This document shows positions 32,732 through 42,386 of a stretch of DNA of 64,000 nt, one piece after another (positions within the stretch are counted from its first letter, which is position 1; each line of letters begins with the position of its first letter). The DNA is from Alphaproteobacteria bacterium. GTDB lineage: Bacteria > Pseudomonadota > Alphaproteobacteria > GCA-2731375. Below the pieces are notes generated by a model, which saw only the letters and a list, made by a program, of their open reading frames with translations, searched no databases and was not told where the DNA came from. A program made the translations under genes and the position numbers. The stretch is taken from contig CBDDPY010000002.1 of assembly GCA_965232515.1 (NCBI GenBank), positions 5,120,001 through 5,184,000 on the forward strand, read 5' to 3'.

Positions 32732-33163
32732 ATGCAACTTACCGAGATCGACCGGCTGCTGATCCGCCATTTGCGGGAAAACGCGCGGATATCGACAACC
32801 GACCTTGCGCGCCGCGCCGACGTCTCGCGCACCACGGTGCAGAACCGGATCGAGCGGCTGGAGCGCGAGGGCGTGATCGCCGGCTACACGCTGAAATATG
32901 GACCCGCCTACGAGCGCGCGCTGGTCCGCGCCCACATCATGATCACCGCCTCGCCCAAGGCCTCGCAGGCCATCGAGGCCGAACTGCGCGGCATGGACGA
33001 GGTCCGGGCCCTGCATTCGGTGAGCGGCGAATACGACATGATCGCCGACGTCGCCGCCGGGTCGGTCGCCGAGATCGACGCGGCCATCGACCGCATCGGC
33101 CTGATCGACGGCGTCGAACGCACGATGTCGTCGGTGCTGCTCTCCACCAAGATCGACCGCTAG
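32732..33163 (+). CDS. Lrp/AsnC family transcriptional regulator
   Basis: L.ENAR.S...LAR...SR.TV..RI.RLE..GVI.GY; SVSGEYD. Confidence 0.95.
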   Translation: MQLTEIDRLLIRHLRENARISTTDLARRADVSRTTVQNRIERLEREGVIAGYTLKYGPAYERALVRAHIMITASPKASQAIEAELRGMDEVRALHSVSGEYDMIADVAAGSVAEIDAAIDRIGLIDGVERTMSSVLLSTKIDR

Positions 33164-33246
33164 CTATTTGACCTGGCCGTACCGGCGCTTACCATAGCGG
33201 TTGAGGATCCCCTTACAGCGCAAGCCGCGACCGGCGGAGAGCAGGC

Positions 33247-35001
33247 ATGCCATCAAGTTCCGCGTCTCAGGAAAAAAACGAACGACCGTTGGACATCGAC
33301 GTGGCGTTCGACGCCGTCGTCGTCGGCGCGGGCTTCGCCGGCATGTACATGCTGCATTGCCTGCGCGGGCTCGGCCTGTCGGCGCGGGTCTATGAGGCCG
33401 CCGGCGGCGTCGGCGGCACCTGGTACTGGAACCGCTATCCCGGCGCGCGCTGCGATGTCGAGAGCATGCAGTATTCCTATTCGTTCTCCGAAGAACTGGA
33501 CCAGGAATGGTCCTGGTCGGAGCGGTATTCGCCGCAGCCGGAGATCCTGGACTACGCCAACCACGTCGCCGACCGCTTCGACCTGCGCCGCGACATCCGC
33601 TTCGATACACGCGTGACGGCGGCAACCTTCGACGAGGCGGAAAAGTGCTGGACCGTTGAGACCGACCGCGGCGATAGGGTGACGGCGCGGTTCTGCATCA
33701 TGGCCGTCGGCTGCCTGTCGGCCGCCAACCTGCCGCCGTTCGAGGGCATGGATGAATTCCGGGGTCCGATCTATCACACCGGCCACTGGCCGCATGACGG
33801 CGTCGACTTCACGGGCCTCAGGGTCGGGGTCATCGGCACCGGGTCGTCGGCGATCCAGTCCATCCCGATCATCGCCGAACAGGCGGCGTCGCTCACCGTC
33901 TTCCAGCGCACACCGAACTATTCGGTGCCGGCCTGGAACGACAAGCTGGACCCCGAGTACGAACGCGCCATCAAATCGGACTATCCGGCCTTCCGGGCGA
34001 AGGCGCGGGCCCGGCCGACCGGGTTCTATTTCGAGTTCAATACGGCGCCGGCGCTGGAGGCGACGCCGGAAGAGCGCGAACGGCAGTACGAAGAGTTCTG
34101 GGCCCGCGGCGGCCTGCCGTTCCTGGGCGCCTACGGGGACCTGTTGTTCGAGAAGGACGCCAACGACACCATCGCCGAGTTCGCGCGCAACAAGATCCGC
34201 GGAATCGTCAAGGACCCGGCGACGGCCGAGCTGCTGTGCCCGGACAACGTCTTCGGCTGTAAACGCCTCTGCGTCGACACCGGATATTTCGCAACCTACA
34301 ACCTGCCGCACGTGCAGCTGGTCGACGTCTCGAAAAAGCCAATCGAGCGGTTCACCGAAAAGGGCGTCGTGACGGACGGCGTCGAGTACGAATTCGACGC
34401 CGTCGTCTGCGCCACCGGCTTCGCGGCCATGACCGGCTCGTTCGACAGGATCGCGATCACCGGCCGCGACGGCCTGACGCTGAAGGAGAAGTGGCGTGCC
34501 GGTCCCCGCACCTATCTGGGACTGACCTCGGCCGGCTTCCCAAACCTGTTCATGATCACCGGGCCCGGCAGCCCGTCGGTGCTCGCCAGCATGATCCAGG
34601 CCATCGAGCAGCATGTCGACTGGATTGCCGACTGCCTGGGCCACCTGCGCGACACCGGCGCCGACATCATCGAGCCGACGATCCCTTACGAGGACGACTG
34701 GGTCGAACACGTGAACGAGGTGGCCCAGGTCTCGCTGCGCTCGACCTGCAGCTCCTGGTACGTCGGCGCCAACATCCCCGGTCGGCCGCGCGTGTTCATG
34801 CCCTATATCGGTGGCTTCCCGATTTATGTCAGCAAGTGCAACGACGTCCTGTCGAACGGTTTCGAAGGCTTCGCCATCGATGGTGCGGCCGACGCCGACG
34901 CAAGCCCACGCATCCGCTTCACCGAACGCTGGCGCGCCGAGCTGGACCTGGACGTGATCTCGCCCGCCGCCGTCGCCGCCAAGCGCGTGCCGGTGGTCTG
35001 A
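33247..35001 (+). CDS. Type I Baeyer-Villiger monooxygenase (CHMO/PAMO-like)
   Basis: GAGFAG, GGTWYWNRYPGARCD, fingerprint FRGPIYHTGHWP, GTGSS, KR. Confidence 0.95.
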   Translation: MPSSSASQEKNERPLDIDVAFDAVVVGAGFAGMYMLHCLRGLGLSARVYEAAGGVGGTWYWNRYPGARCDVESMQYSYSFSEELDQEWSWSERYSPQPEILDYANHVADRFDLRRDIRFDTRVTAATFDEAEKCWTVETDRGDRVTARFCIMAVGCLSAANLPPFEGMDEFRGPIYHTGHWPHDGVDFTGLRVGVIGTGSSAIQSIPIIAEQAASLTVFQRTPNYSVPAWNDKLDPEYERAIKSDYPAFRAKARARPTGFYFEFNTAPALEATPEERERQYEEFWARGGLPFLGAYGDLLFEKDANDTIAEFARNKIRGIVKDPATAELLCPDNVFGCKRLCVDTGYFATYNLPHVQLVDVSKKPIERFTEKGVVTDGVEYEFDAVVCATGFAAMTGSFDRIAITGRDGLTLKEKWRAGPRTYLGLTSAGFPNLFMITGPGSPSVLASMIQAIEQHVDWIADCLGHLRDTGADIIEPTIPYEDDWVEHVNEVAQVSLRSTCSSWYVGANIPGRPRVFMPYIGGFPIYVSKCNDVLSNGFEGFAIDGAADADASPRIRFTERWRAELDLDVISPAAVAAKRVPVV

Positions 35002-35008
35002 GGCTCGG

Positions 35009-36076
35009 TCAGGCGTCCATCGCCAGCAGTTCGTTCAGGTGTCTGTCGAGTTGCGCCAGGGCCTCGGGATCGGCGCCGAACAGCGCGAGGTGGCCGTCGA
35101 TGGTTTCGATCGGCCGGAACTCGGCGTCGGGGATCAGCCGCCACTCGGCTTCGCAATCGGCCGGCGGGAAAAACATGTCCGTCGACATCGGCATCACGAA
35201 CGTCTTCGCCTTGATCCGCCCCAGCGCCGCGCGCAGGTCGCCGCCGGCATGACGGCTGACGTCGCCGCGCTGCCATTTCCAGGCCATGCACAACAGGTCA
35301 TTCGGATCCATCACCGAGAAGTAGCCGTTCATGAAATTGACGATGAAGTCGTCCATGGACGAGAAGCCGAGCGCCTTGTGACGCTCCTGCTGGAAGAATT
35401 CGGTGCTCCAGCCCATCACCGCCCACATCTTGGCGTGGCGCAGCAGGCCTTCGCGCACATCGGCCGATGACGCATAGAAGCCCTTGTTGAAGCCGGGGTC
35501 CGAGGTGATGGCGTCGACCAGCGTCTCGGTGAACAGGGAATCGTGGATCGTGTTCCTGGCCGTTCCGGCGATGGGCGCCGTGCGTTTGACCATCTCGGGG
35601 TAGCGCACGGCCCATTCGTAGGTCTGTTGCGCGCCCATGGAGCCGCCGACGACCAGCGCCAGGCTCTCCAAACCGAATTTCTCCGTCACCAGCCGGTGTT
35701 GCGCCCGCACGTCGTCGCCGATGCGCACCTTCGGAAAGTTTGCCATGCCGCCCGGCGGCGGCGTGTTGTGCGGCGACGTCGACAGGCCGTTGCCGATCTG
35801 ATTGACCAGAATGATGAAGTACTTCGCCGGATCGAGCGCCCGGCCCTCGCCGGTATAGACATCCTCCAAAATCTTGCTGGTGCCCGAGTACCAGGTCGGA
35901 AACAGGATGGCGTTGTCCTTGGCCGCGTTCAGCTCCCCGAACGTCGCGTAGGCGAGATTGCAGTCGCGGATGGTGCCGCCTTCCTCCAGCTCCAGATTGC
36001 CGATGTTGTGCAGCTCGTAAGGGCCATGCAGGTCCTGCGAGTAGTAGTCGTTGGCGATCATCTTGATGTCTCCCAT
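35009..36076 (-). CDS. Homoserine acetyltransferase-like alpha/beta hydrolase (probable esterase, AcmB/MekB-like)
   Basis: LAYATFGELN..KDNAIL, GGSMG, D.FFP, GH; directly downstream of a BVMO. Confidence 0.85.
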   Translation of the reverse strand: MGDIKMIANDYYSQDLHGPYELHNIGNLELEEGGTIRDCNLAYATFGELNAAKDNAILFPTWYSGTSKILEDVYTGEGRALDPAKYFIILVNQIGNGLSTSPHNTPPPGGMANFPKVRIGDDVRAQHRLVTEKFGLESLALVVGGSMGAQQTYEWAVRYPEMVKRTAPIAGTARNTIHDSLFTETLVDAITSDPGFNKGFYASSADVREGLLRHAKMWAVMGWSTEFFQQERHKALGFSSMDDFIVNFMNGYFSVMDPNDLLCMAWKWQRGDVSRHAGGDLRAALGRIKAKTFVMPMSTDMFFPPADCEAEWRLIPDAEFRPIETIDGHLALFGADPEALAQLDRHLNELLAMDA

Positions 36077-36160
36077 GTGCGCGGGCGTCGGCCGAGAGCG
36101 CCGAGCCTCGGCCGGTCCGGTCGCGCTGATGTTTTTGTCGGCACGGGTCGTTGCGCGGCG

Positions 36161-37777
36161 CTAGGCGAGCGCGAACCCTTCGTAACCCTTGGCCGCGATC
36201 TCGTCGCACCGCTTGCGATAGCCGCCGACGCCCTCCGGATCCAGATAGGGCAGGAAGGCGCGCGGCTTGCCGTCGATGTTCGAGCTCATGTACCAGGAGT
36301 CGGACTTGGGTATCAGCGTCATGTTGATGACCTCGTTGACGTGCGCCACCCATTCCTTCTGCGCCTTGGGCGTTGCTTCGATGGTGGCCTTGCCGGTCTT
36401 TTCCATGTGCGCGATGCAGTCCGTCACCCACTCGACATGCTGCTCGATCGCCACCGGCATGTTGGTCAGCACCGACGGGCTCTGCGGCCCGGTGATGGTG
36501 AACAGGTTGGGGAACTTGGCGACCGAGATGCCGAGATAGCTGTGCGGGCCGTCCGCCCATTCCTGTTCCAGCGTGGCGCCGCCGCGGCCCGTCAGGTGGA
36601 GCGCCTTTAATGGACCGGTCATGGCGTCGAAACCGGTGGCGAGCACGATGATATCGAATTCGTACTCCCGGCCGCCGGCGCGGATGCCGTTCTCGGTGAT
36701 CTCCTCGATTCCACCGTCGGTGGCGGCATCGACTAGCAGGACGTTGGTCTTGTTGAAGGTCTCGTAATAGTTGGTGTCGAGCGGCTGACGCTTGCAGCCG
36801 TAATAGTGACCCTTCGGCATCAGCCGTTCGGCCACGTCGGGGTCCTTCACCGTCGCGCGGATCTTGCGCTTGATATAATCGGCGCAGAGCGCGTTCGCTT
36901 CCTCGCTGAAGAACATGTCCTGGTAATTGCCGAGCCAGAAGGCGAAGCCGCCGGCGTCCCACATCCTGTCGAACTCGGCTTCGCGCTGCTCGGGCGTGTC
37001 CTCCAGCGCCGATCGCGGAATGAAGTAGTGCTCCTGGCCGAAGAAGGACTCCCGGATGCGTTCGACGATGCCGTCATAGTCGTCCTTGCGGGACTTGACC
37101 AAGTCCGGGTCGACCTTGCCGTTGCGCGCCGGCACGCAATAGTTGGCCGTGCGCTGGAACACGGTCATGTGCTTCGCCTGCTGGGCGATTTCGGGGATCG
37201 CCTGTACTGCCGTGGCGCCGGTGCCGATCACGGCGACGCGCTTTGCCGTAAAGTCGACGCCTTCCTTCGGGAACTTGCTGGTGTGGTACCACGTGCCCTT
37301 GAAGTCCTTCAGGCCGCGAAACTCCGGAACGTTCGTGTCCGACAGGCTGCCGACCGCGGCGACGAGATAACGCGCCGTCACCGGTTCGCCTTTGTCCGTC
37401 TGCACCGTCCATAGGTTCGTCTCTTCGTCGAACGCGCCGCCCGTCACGCGCGTGTCGAACTGGATGTCGCGCTTCAGGTCGTGCCGCTGGGCGACGTGCT
37501 CGAGATACTTCAGGATCTCGGGCTGCTGGGGATAGCGCTCCGACCACTCCCACTCGCGCAGCAGCTGTTTGTCGAAGGTATAGCAGTAGATGTAGGAATC
37601 CGAGTCGCAGCGGGCGCCGGGGTAACGGTTCCAATACCAGGTGCCGCCGACGGTATCGCCGGCCTCGAAAACACGTACCTTCAGTCCCAGTTTGTCGCGA
37701 AGCGTCTTCAGCATGTACATGCCGGAGAACCCGGCGCCGATGACGACCGTATCGAAGTCTGGAGTAACGCTTGCCAT
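36161..37777 (-). CDS. Type I Baeyer-Villiger monooxygenase
   Basis: GAGFSG, GGTWYWNRYPGARCD, variant fingerprint FKGTWYHTSKFP, GTGAT, KR, ATGFDAMTG. Confidence 0.95.
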   Translation of the reverse strand: MASVTPDFDTVVIGAGFSGMYMLKTLRDKLGLKVRVFEAGDTVGGTWYWNRYPGARCDSDSYIYCYTFDKQLLREWEWSERYPQQPEILKYLEHVAQRHDLKRDIQFDTRVTGGAFDEETNLWTVQTDKGEPVTARYLVAAVGSLSDTNVPEFRGLKDFKGTWYHTSKFPKEGVDFTAKRVAVIGTGATAVQAIPEIAQQAKHMTVFQRTANYCVPARNGKVDPDLVKSRKDDYDGIVERIRESFFGQEHYFIPRSALEDTPEQREAEFDRMWDAGGFAFWLGNYQDMFFSEEANALCADYIKRKIRATVKDPDVAERLMPKGHYYGCKRQPLDTNYYETFNKTNVLLVDAATDGGIEEITENGIRAGGREYEFDIIVLATGFDAMTGPLKALHLTGRGGATLEQEWADGPHSYLGISVAKFPNLFTITGPQSPSVLTNMPVAIEQHVEWVTDCIAHMEKTGKATIEATPKAQKEWVAHVNEVINMTLIPKSDSWYMSSNIDGKPRAFLPYLDPEGVGGYRKRCDEIAAKGYEGFALA

Positions 37778-38100
37778 CTGTTCCTCCCACGGATGTTGGG
37801 CAACAGCTGTTTTCGTTCTCCGCTCGCCTTGTTTTGGGGTGGACTGGTTAAGGTACGAAATCTACGCGCACGCCCCACGTCGTCTGCGAGCCAGAAATCG
37901 ACCGAACCTTATGGTTAACGAGTATGACGGCGGCGCCGGGCGAACACAATCGACGGCGGCTGTCGGACCGTGACGAATTGGAGGATTGCGCAATACTGCG
38001 CCCGCGCATGCGCCAGTCCGAGCGTTCGCGCATCGAACTGACCTGGACATCACCTCACCCGCGCCCATGCCACTGAAGCGGGGCTAGATCCTGGGGAGAG

Positions 38101-38135
38101 ATGACTTTGATAGCCAAAACAGCTATATTAGCTGT
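38101..38135 (+). promoter_or_regulatory. Phd-PIN promoter and operator, probably leaderless transcript
   Basis: ATGACT-N17-TATATT ends 6 nt before the ATG; inverted repeat ACAGCTA-TAT-TAGCTGT (38119-38135) abuts the start codon; no Shine-Dalgarno. Confidence 0.65.
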
Positions 38136-38387
38136 ATGAAGTCCGTTTCTGCGATCGATGCCAAAAACCGCTTTGGGCAGCTTTTGGACGCGGCCCAACG
38201 GGAACCTGTGACCGTCACCAAGAAGGGGCGCCCGGCTGCCGTCGTATTGTCGGTGGAGGACTACGAACGTATTCGAGGCGCAGCACGACGCCGGTTGCTG
38301 GCGACGATCGACAAAGCCCAAGAAGAGGCCGCCGCCAAAGGCTTGACCGAAGAGGAGCTTGAACAGCTCTTGGCGGATGAGAGCTGA
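38136..38387 (+). CDS. Phd/YefM family antitoxin
   Basis: SAIDAKNRFGQLLD.AQREPV.VTK.GRP.AVVLS. Confidence 0.93.
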   Translation: MKSVSAIDAKNRFGQLLDAAQREPVTVTKKGRPAAVVLSVEDYERIRGAARRRLLATIDKAQEEAAAKGLTEEELEQLLADES

Positions 38388-38790
38388 GCGCGTTGTCCTC
38401 GATACGAATGTTCTGATCAGCGCGGCTCTGACAGGCGGCAAGCCATTCCAGGTTCTCCAAAGAGTGCTTGAGCATGGCGTACTGATCTTTTCCGATGCCA
38501 CGTTCGAAGAGTTCGCTGTTCGGATCGGAAGGCAGAAGTTCGACCGATATGTCAGCCGGCAACGGCGAAGCGAGCTTTTGGCGGATCTCCAAGCAGTGGC
38601 CGAGTGGACAACGATTACCGGCGCGCTTCAGGCATGCCGGGATCCCGAAGACGACAAGTTTCTCGAAACAGCGCTTGCAGCAAGGGCCGACTGCGTCGTG
38701 ACCGGCGACACCGATCTGTTGGTGCTCGACCCTTTCGAAGACATCCGCATCGTCACCGCGGCTGGCTATCTGGAAGCGGTCTCGAAATGA
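38377..38790 (+). CDS. PIN-domain toxin (PIN_3 type)
   Basis: VVLDTNVLISA, CRDPEDDKFLE, VTGDTDLL; overlaps the antitoxin stop. Confidence 0.92.
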   Translation: MRAERVVLDTNVLISAALTGGKPFQVLQRVLEHGVLIFSDATFEEFAVRIGRQKFDRYVSRQRRSELLADLQAVAEWTTITGALQACRDPEDDKFLETALAARADCVVTGDTDLLVLDPFEDIRIVTAAGYLEAVSK

Positions 38791-38873
38791 AAACACCGCA
38801 TCGGGATTACCTGCACTGCGTCTTGTAGGCCGTAGGGGGCATTGCTAACGTCGCGGAAACGGGAGGTGTCGAT

Positions 38874-39650
38874 ATGGATTTGGGGCTTCGCGACAAGCGC
38901 GCGTTGGTGACGGGCGCCAGCAAGGGCATCGGGCGGGCCGTGGCGGACGCGCTCGCCGCCGAGGGCTGCCATCTGGCGCTGGTGGCGCGGAACGCGGACG
39001 TGTTGCAGGCGGCGGCCGACGAGATCCGGGCGAAGGCAAACGTCAATGTCGAGACCTGCTCGGCCGATCTGTCCACATCGGACGGTCAGCAGACGGTGGT
39101 GGCGGGGTTCCCGGACGTCGATCTGGTGATCAACAACGCCGGCTCGAACCCGGCCGGCGAGATCGATCAGATCGACGAGGAAACCTGGCGCGACTCCTGG
39201 GATCTGAAGGTCTTCGGCTACATCAACCTTTGCCGGGCCTATTTCGCGAACATGAAATCGCGCGGTGACGGCGTGATCGTGAACATCATCGGCGCCGCCG
39301 GCGAACGAATGAACGCGAGCTACATTCTCGGCAGCAGCGGCAATGTCGCGCTCATGGGCCTGACCAAGGCGCTCGGCGCCCGCGCGCCTGATGTCGGCGT
39401 GCGTGTCGTCGGCGTTAATCCCGGCCTGACCGCGACCGAGCGGGCGCAGCAGATGCTCAGGACCTGGAGCGAGCAGAAGTTCGGCTCATCGGAGCGGACG
39501 GACGAGGTCCTGGCAGAAATGAACCTGCCGTTCGGCCGCATGGGCGAGCCCACCGAGGTCGCGGACCTCGTCACCTTCCTGGCCTCGCCCCGCGCCGCCT
39601 ATATCAGCGGCACCATCGTCACCATCGACGGCGGCGCGGTTAATCGCTAG
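38874..39650 (+). CDS. Short-chain dehydrogenase/reductase
   Basis: TGASKGIG, NNAG, YISGTIVTIDGG; atypical YxxxS in place of YxxxK; GGAGG RBS. Confidence 0.92.
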   Translation: MDLGLRDKRALVTGASKGIGRAVADALAAEGCHLALVARNADVLQAAADEIRAKANVNVETCSADLSTSDGQQTVVAGFPDVDLVINNAGSNPAGEIDQIDEETWRDSWDLKVFGYINLCRAYFANMKSRGDGVIVNIIGAAGERMNASYILGSSGNVALMGLTKALGARAPDVGVRVVGVNPGLTATERAQQMLRTWSEQKFGSSERTDEVLAEMNLPFGRMGEPTEVADLVTFLASPRAAYISGTIVTIDGGAVNR

Positions 39651-39686
39651 AGCAAGTATTTACTACGCCGGACCTCAAGTTTGTTG

Positions 39687-39771
39687 GTCACCCCGGCGAA
39701 GGCCGGGGTCCATGCAGGCGCGCCGCAGCATGCCCCATGTCAGTATGGACCCCGGCCTTCGCCGGGGTGAC
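39687..39771. repeat. CGTC-type REP dimer
   Basis: Perfect 27 bp inverted arms GTCACCCCGGCGAAGGCCGGGGTCCAT / ATGGACCCCGGCCTTCGCCGGGGTGAC between convergent genes. Confidence 0.92.
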
Positions 39772-39807
39772 GATTGGGACAGTGGCCGGACTTGAACGCG
39801 TCGCGCT

Positions 39808-42279
39808 CTAGGTCCGCATTCGCGTGCCGGTCGGATCGTAGAGTGGCTTGAGGCTGGCTTCGGCGGCGAAACGCGTGCCGGCGACCTCGATTTCATAGGT
39901 ATCCGCGAGTAGATCGGCCTCCGTTTCCGTCGGATCGCATGGCACGTAGCCCAGGCCGATGGCGCTGCCCAGATGGTGACCGTAGTTGCCGGAGGTCAGA
40001 TAGCCGACCATGCGCCCGGCGCGCCAGATCGGTTCGGTGTGATAGAGCAGCGGCTCGGGGTCGGTCAGGCGGAACTGCAGCAGCCGTTGTGTCAGGCCTT
40101 GCCGTCGTTTCGCCAGCACCGCGTCGCGGCCGATGAAGTCGCCGAACCGCGACGCCCGCTTGTCGACCTTCACGGCGAAGCCGAGGCCCGCTTCCAGAAC
40201 ATGGTCCTCGTCGCCGATGTCATGGCCGAAATGGCGGAAGGCTTTTTCGATGCGGCAGGAATCCAGCGCGTGCATGCCGCAAAGCCGCAGCCCGTGGTCA
40301 TCGCCGCGCGCGACAATGGCGTCGAACACGTGTCGCGCCTGCTCTGTCGGCACATAGAGCTCCCAGCCCAGCTCGCCGACATAGGAAATGCGGTGGGCGC
40401 GGACCAGACCCATGCCAAGCTCGATTTCCCGCGCGGTCGCGAATGGGAAGGCCGCATTCGACAGGTCGGCGTCGGTCAACGGCTGCAGCAGATCGCGCGC
40501 CTTCGGCCCCATGACCGCGATCACTGACTCGGCGCTGCTGGCGTCCCAGACATGGCAATGGGCATCGTCCGGGATCGACCGTTGCAGCCAGGCGAGGTCG
40601 CGCCCCGCGGTCGCGGCCGCGGTGACGACAATGAACGCCGTCTCCGACAAGCGCGTGATCGTCAGGTCGGCCACGATGCCGCCGCGCTCGGTCAGCCACT
40701 GGGTGTAGACGATACGCCCCGGCGCGACATCGACGTCGTTGGCCGAGACACGTTGCAGTACGTCGCAGGCGTCCCGGCCCTCGACCCGGAACTTGGCGAA
40801 GGAGGTCAGGTCGAACAGACCGACGGACTCGCGCACGGCCTGGTGCTCGTCGGCCGAATACTCGAACCAGTTCTGCCGCTTCCAGGAATAGACATATTCC
40901 GGCCGCCGCCCGCGCGCCTGTTCGGGCGCCGGCAGATACCAGTTCGGACGTTCCCAGCCGGCCACCTCCCCGAAGCAGGCGCCGCGCGCTTCCAGGCGCT
41001 CGTGCAGCGGCGACTGGCGCACGTTTCGCGCGGTCGCGTATTGCCGGTAGGGGAAGTGATCGGCGTAGAGCAGGCCCAGCACCTCGCTGGCGCGCTGAAA
41101 CAGGTACGTGCGGTTGCCCTGGAACGGCTGCATGCGGCGGATGTCGACGTCCCACAGATCGAACGGGGGCTCGCCGCCGTCCATCCATTGGGCCAGCGCC
41201 TGGCCGGCGCCGCCGGCGGACTGAATGCCGATTGAGTTGAAGCCGGCGGCGACATAGAAGTTCCGCAGCTCGGGCGCCTCGCCCAACAGATAGCGGTCGT
41301 CCGGCGTAAAGCTCTCCGGTCCGTTGAAAAATGTATGGATGCCGGCCGTTTCCAGAAGCGGAAACCGGGCGACGGCGGCCGCCAGGATCGGCTCGAAGTG
41401 GTCGATATCCTCGGGCAGCTGGTCGAAGCAAAAGTCTTCCGGAATGCCGTCCATGCCCCAGGGTTTGGCGACGGGCTCGAAGGCGCCCAGCAGGATCTTG
41501 CCGGCATCTTCCTTGTAGTAGGCGTGCTCATCCGGCACCCGCAGTACCGGCAGATCGCGCGGCAGGTCCGGGATCGGCTCGCTCAGGATGTAGAAATGCT
41601 CACAGGCGTGCAGCGGCACGTTGACGCCGGCCATGCGGCCGACCGCGCGGCCCCACATGCCGGCGCAATTGACAACATACTCCGCCGCGATGTCGCCTTG
41701 CGCCGTGCCGACGCCCGTCACCTGTCCTTCCTTCCGGTGGATCGCGGTGACGGCCGTGTTCTCGAATATGGCGACGCCGTTCTGCCGGGCGCCGGCGGCG
41801 AGCGAGAGCGCGATATTCGCCGGATCGGCCTGGCCGTCCTTCGGCACATAGACGCCGCCCTTGACGCCGTCGCCGTTCAGCAGCGGATAGCGCGCCAGGC
41901 ACTCCGCGGCCGAAATCTCTTCGATCTCGACGCCGAAAATCCGGGCCATCGAGGCGCCGCGCCGCAGCTCCTCCAGCCGCTCGTCGGTCAGCGCCACGTT
42001 GATCGAGCCGTTGCGCTTGAACCCTGTCGCCACGCCGGTCTCGGCTTCCAGGCCGCCATAGAGTTCCTGCGAGTATTTCGCGAGGCGGGTCATGTTCTGC
42101 GTCGCGCGGAGCTGCGAGATCAGCCCGGCCGCATGCCAGGTGGTGCCGCTGGTCAGCTGCTTGCGCTCCAGCAGCACGACATCGGTCCAGCCGAGCTTGG
42201 CCAGGTGATAGGCGACGGAGCAGCCGATAACGCCGCCACCGATGATGACGGCGCGGGCATGGCGGGGCAGGTCGGTCAT
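39808..42279 (-). CDS. GcvT-domain FAD-dependent oxidoreductase (sarcosine/dimethylglycine dehydrogenase-like)
   Basis: IIGGGVIG, LTSGTTWHAAG, NGPESFTPD, GWERPNW, SYVGELGWELY, RIEK. Confidence 0.93.
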   Translation of the reverse strand: MTDLPRHARAVIIGGGVIGCSVAYHLAKLGWTDVVLLERKQLTSGTTWHAAGLISQLRATQNMTRLAKYSQELYGGLEAETGVATGFKRNGSINVALTDERLEELRRGASMARIFGVEIEEISAAECLARYPLLNGDGVKGGVYVPKDGQADPANIALSLAAGARQNGVAIFENTAVTAIHRKEGQVTGVGTAQGDIAAEYVVNCAGMWGRAVGRMAGVNVPLHACEHFYILSEPIPDLPRDLPVLRVPDEHAYYKEDAGKILLGAFEPVAKPWGMDGIPEDFCFDQLPEDIDHFEPILAAAVARFPLLETAGIHTFFNGPESFTPDDRYLLGEAPELRNFYVAAGFNSIGIQSAGGAGQALAQWMDGGEPPFDLWDVDIRRMQPFQGNRTYLFQRASEVLGLLYADHFPYRQYATARNVRQSPLHERLEARGACFGEVAGWERPNWYLPAPEQARGRRPEYVYSWKRQNWFEYSADEHQAVRESVGLFDLTSFAKFRVEGRDACDVLQRVSANDVDVAPGRIVYTQWLTERGGIVADLTITRLSETAFIVVTAAATAGRDLAWLQRSIPDDAHCHVWDASSAESVIAVMGPKARDLLQPLTDADLSNAAFPFATAREIELGMGLVRAHRISYVGELGWELYVPTEQARHVFDAIVARGDDHGLRLCGMHALDSCRIEKAFRHFGHDIGDEDHVLEAGLGFAVKVDKRASRFGDFIGRDAVLAKRRQGLTQRLLQFRLTDPEPLLYHTEPIWRAGRMVGYLTSGNYGHHLGSAIGLGYVPCDPTETEADLLADTYEIEVAGTRFAAEASLKPLYDPTGTRMRT

Positions 42280-42386
42280 GCGCGTTTCCCTTTCGCCCGA
42301 CAGTCTGACAGGCCGCGTTGGACCTGTTCAACCAGCCTGCTTAACATAACCACGACACGATGCCGCCAATGGGTGGGGGAGGACGC

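Noticed and set aside
37911-37918. CtrA half-site TTAACCAT on the minus strand upstream of BVMO2
   Set aside because: Single half-site without a partner at N7 and no functional rationale.
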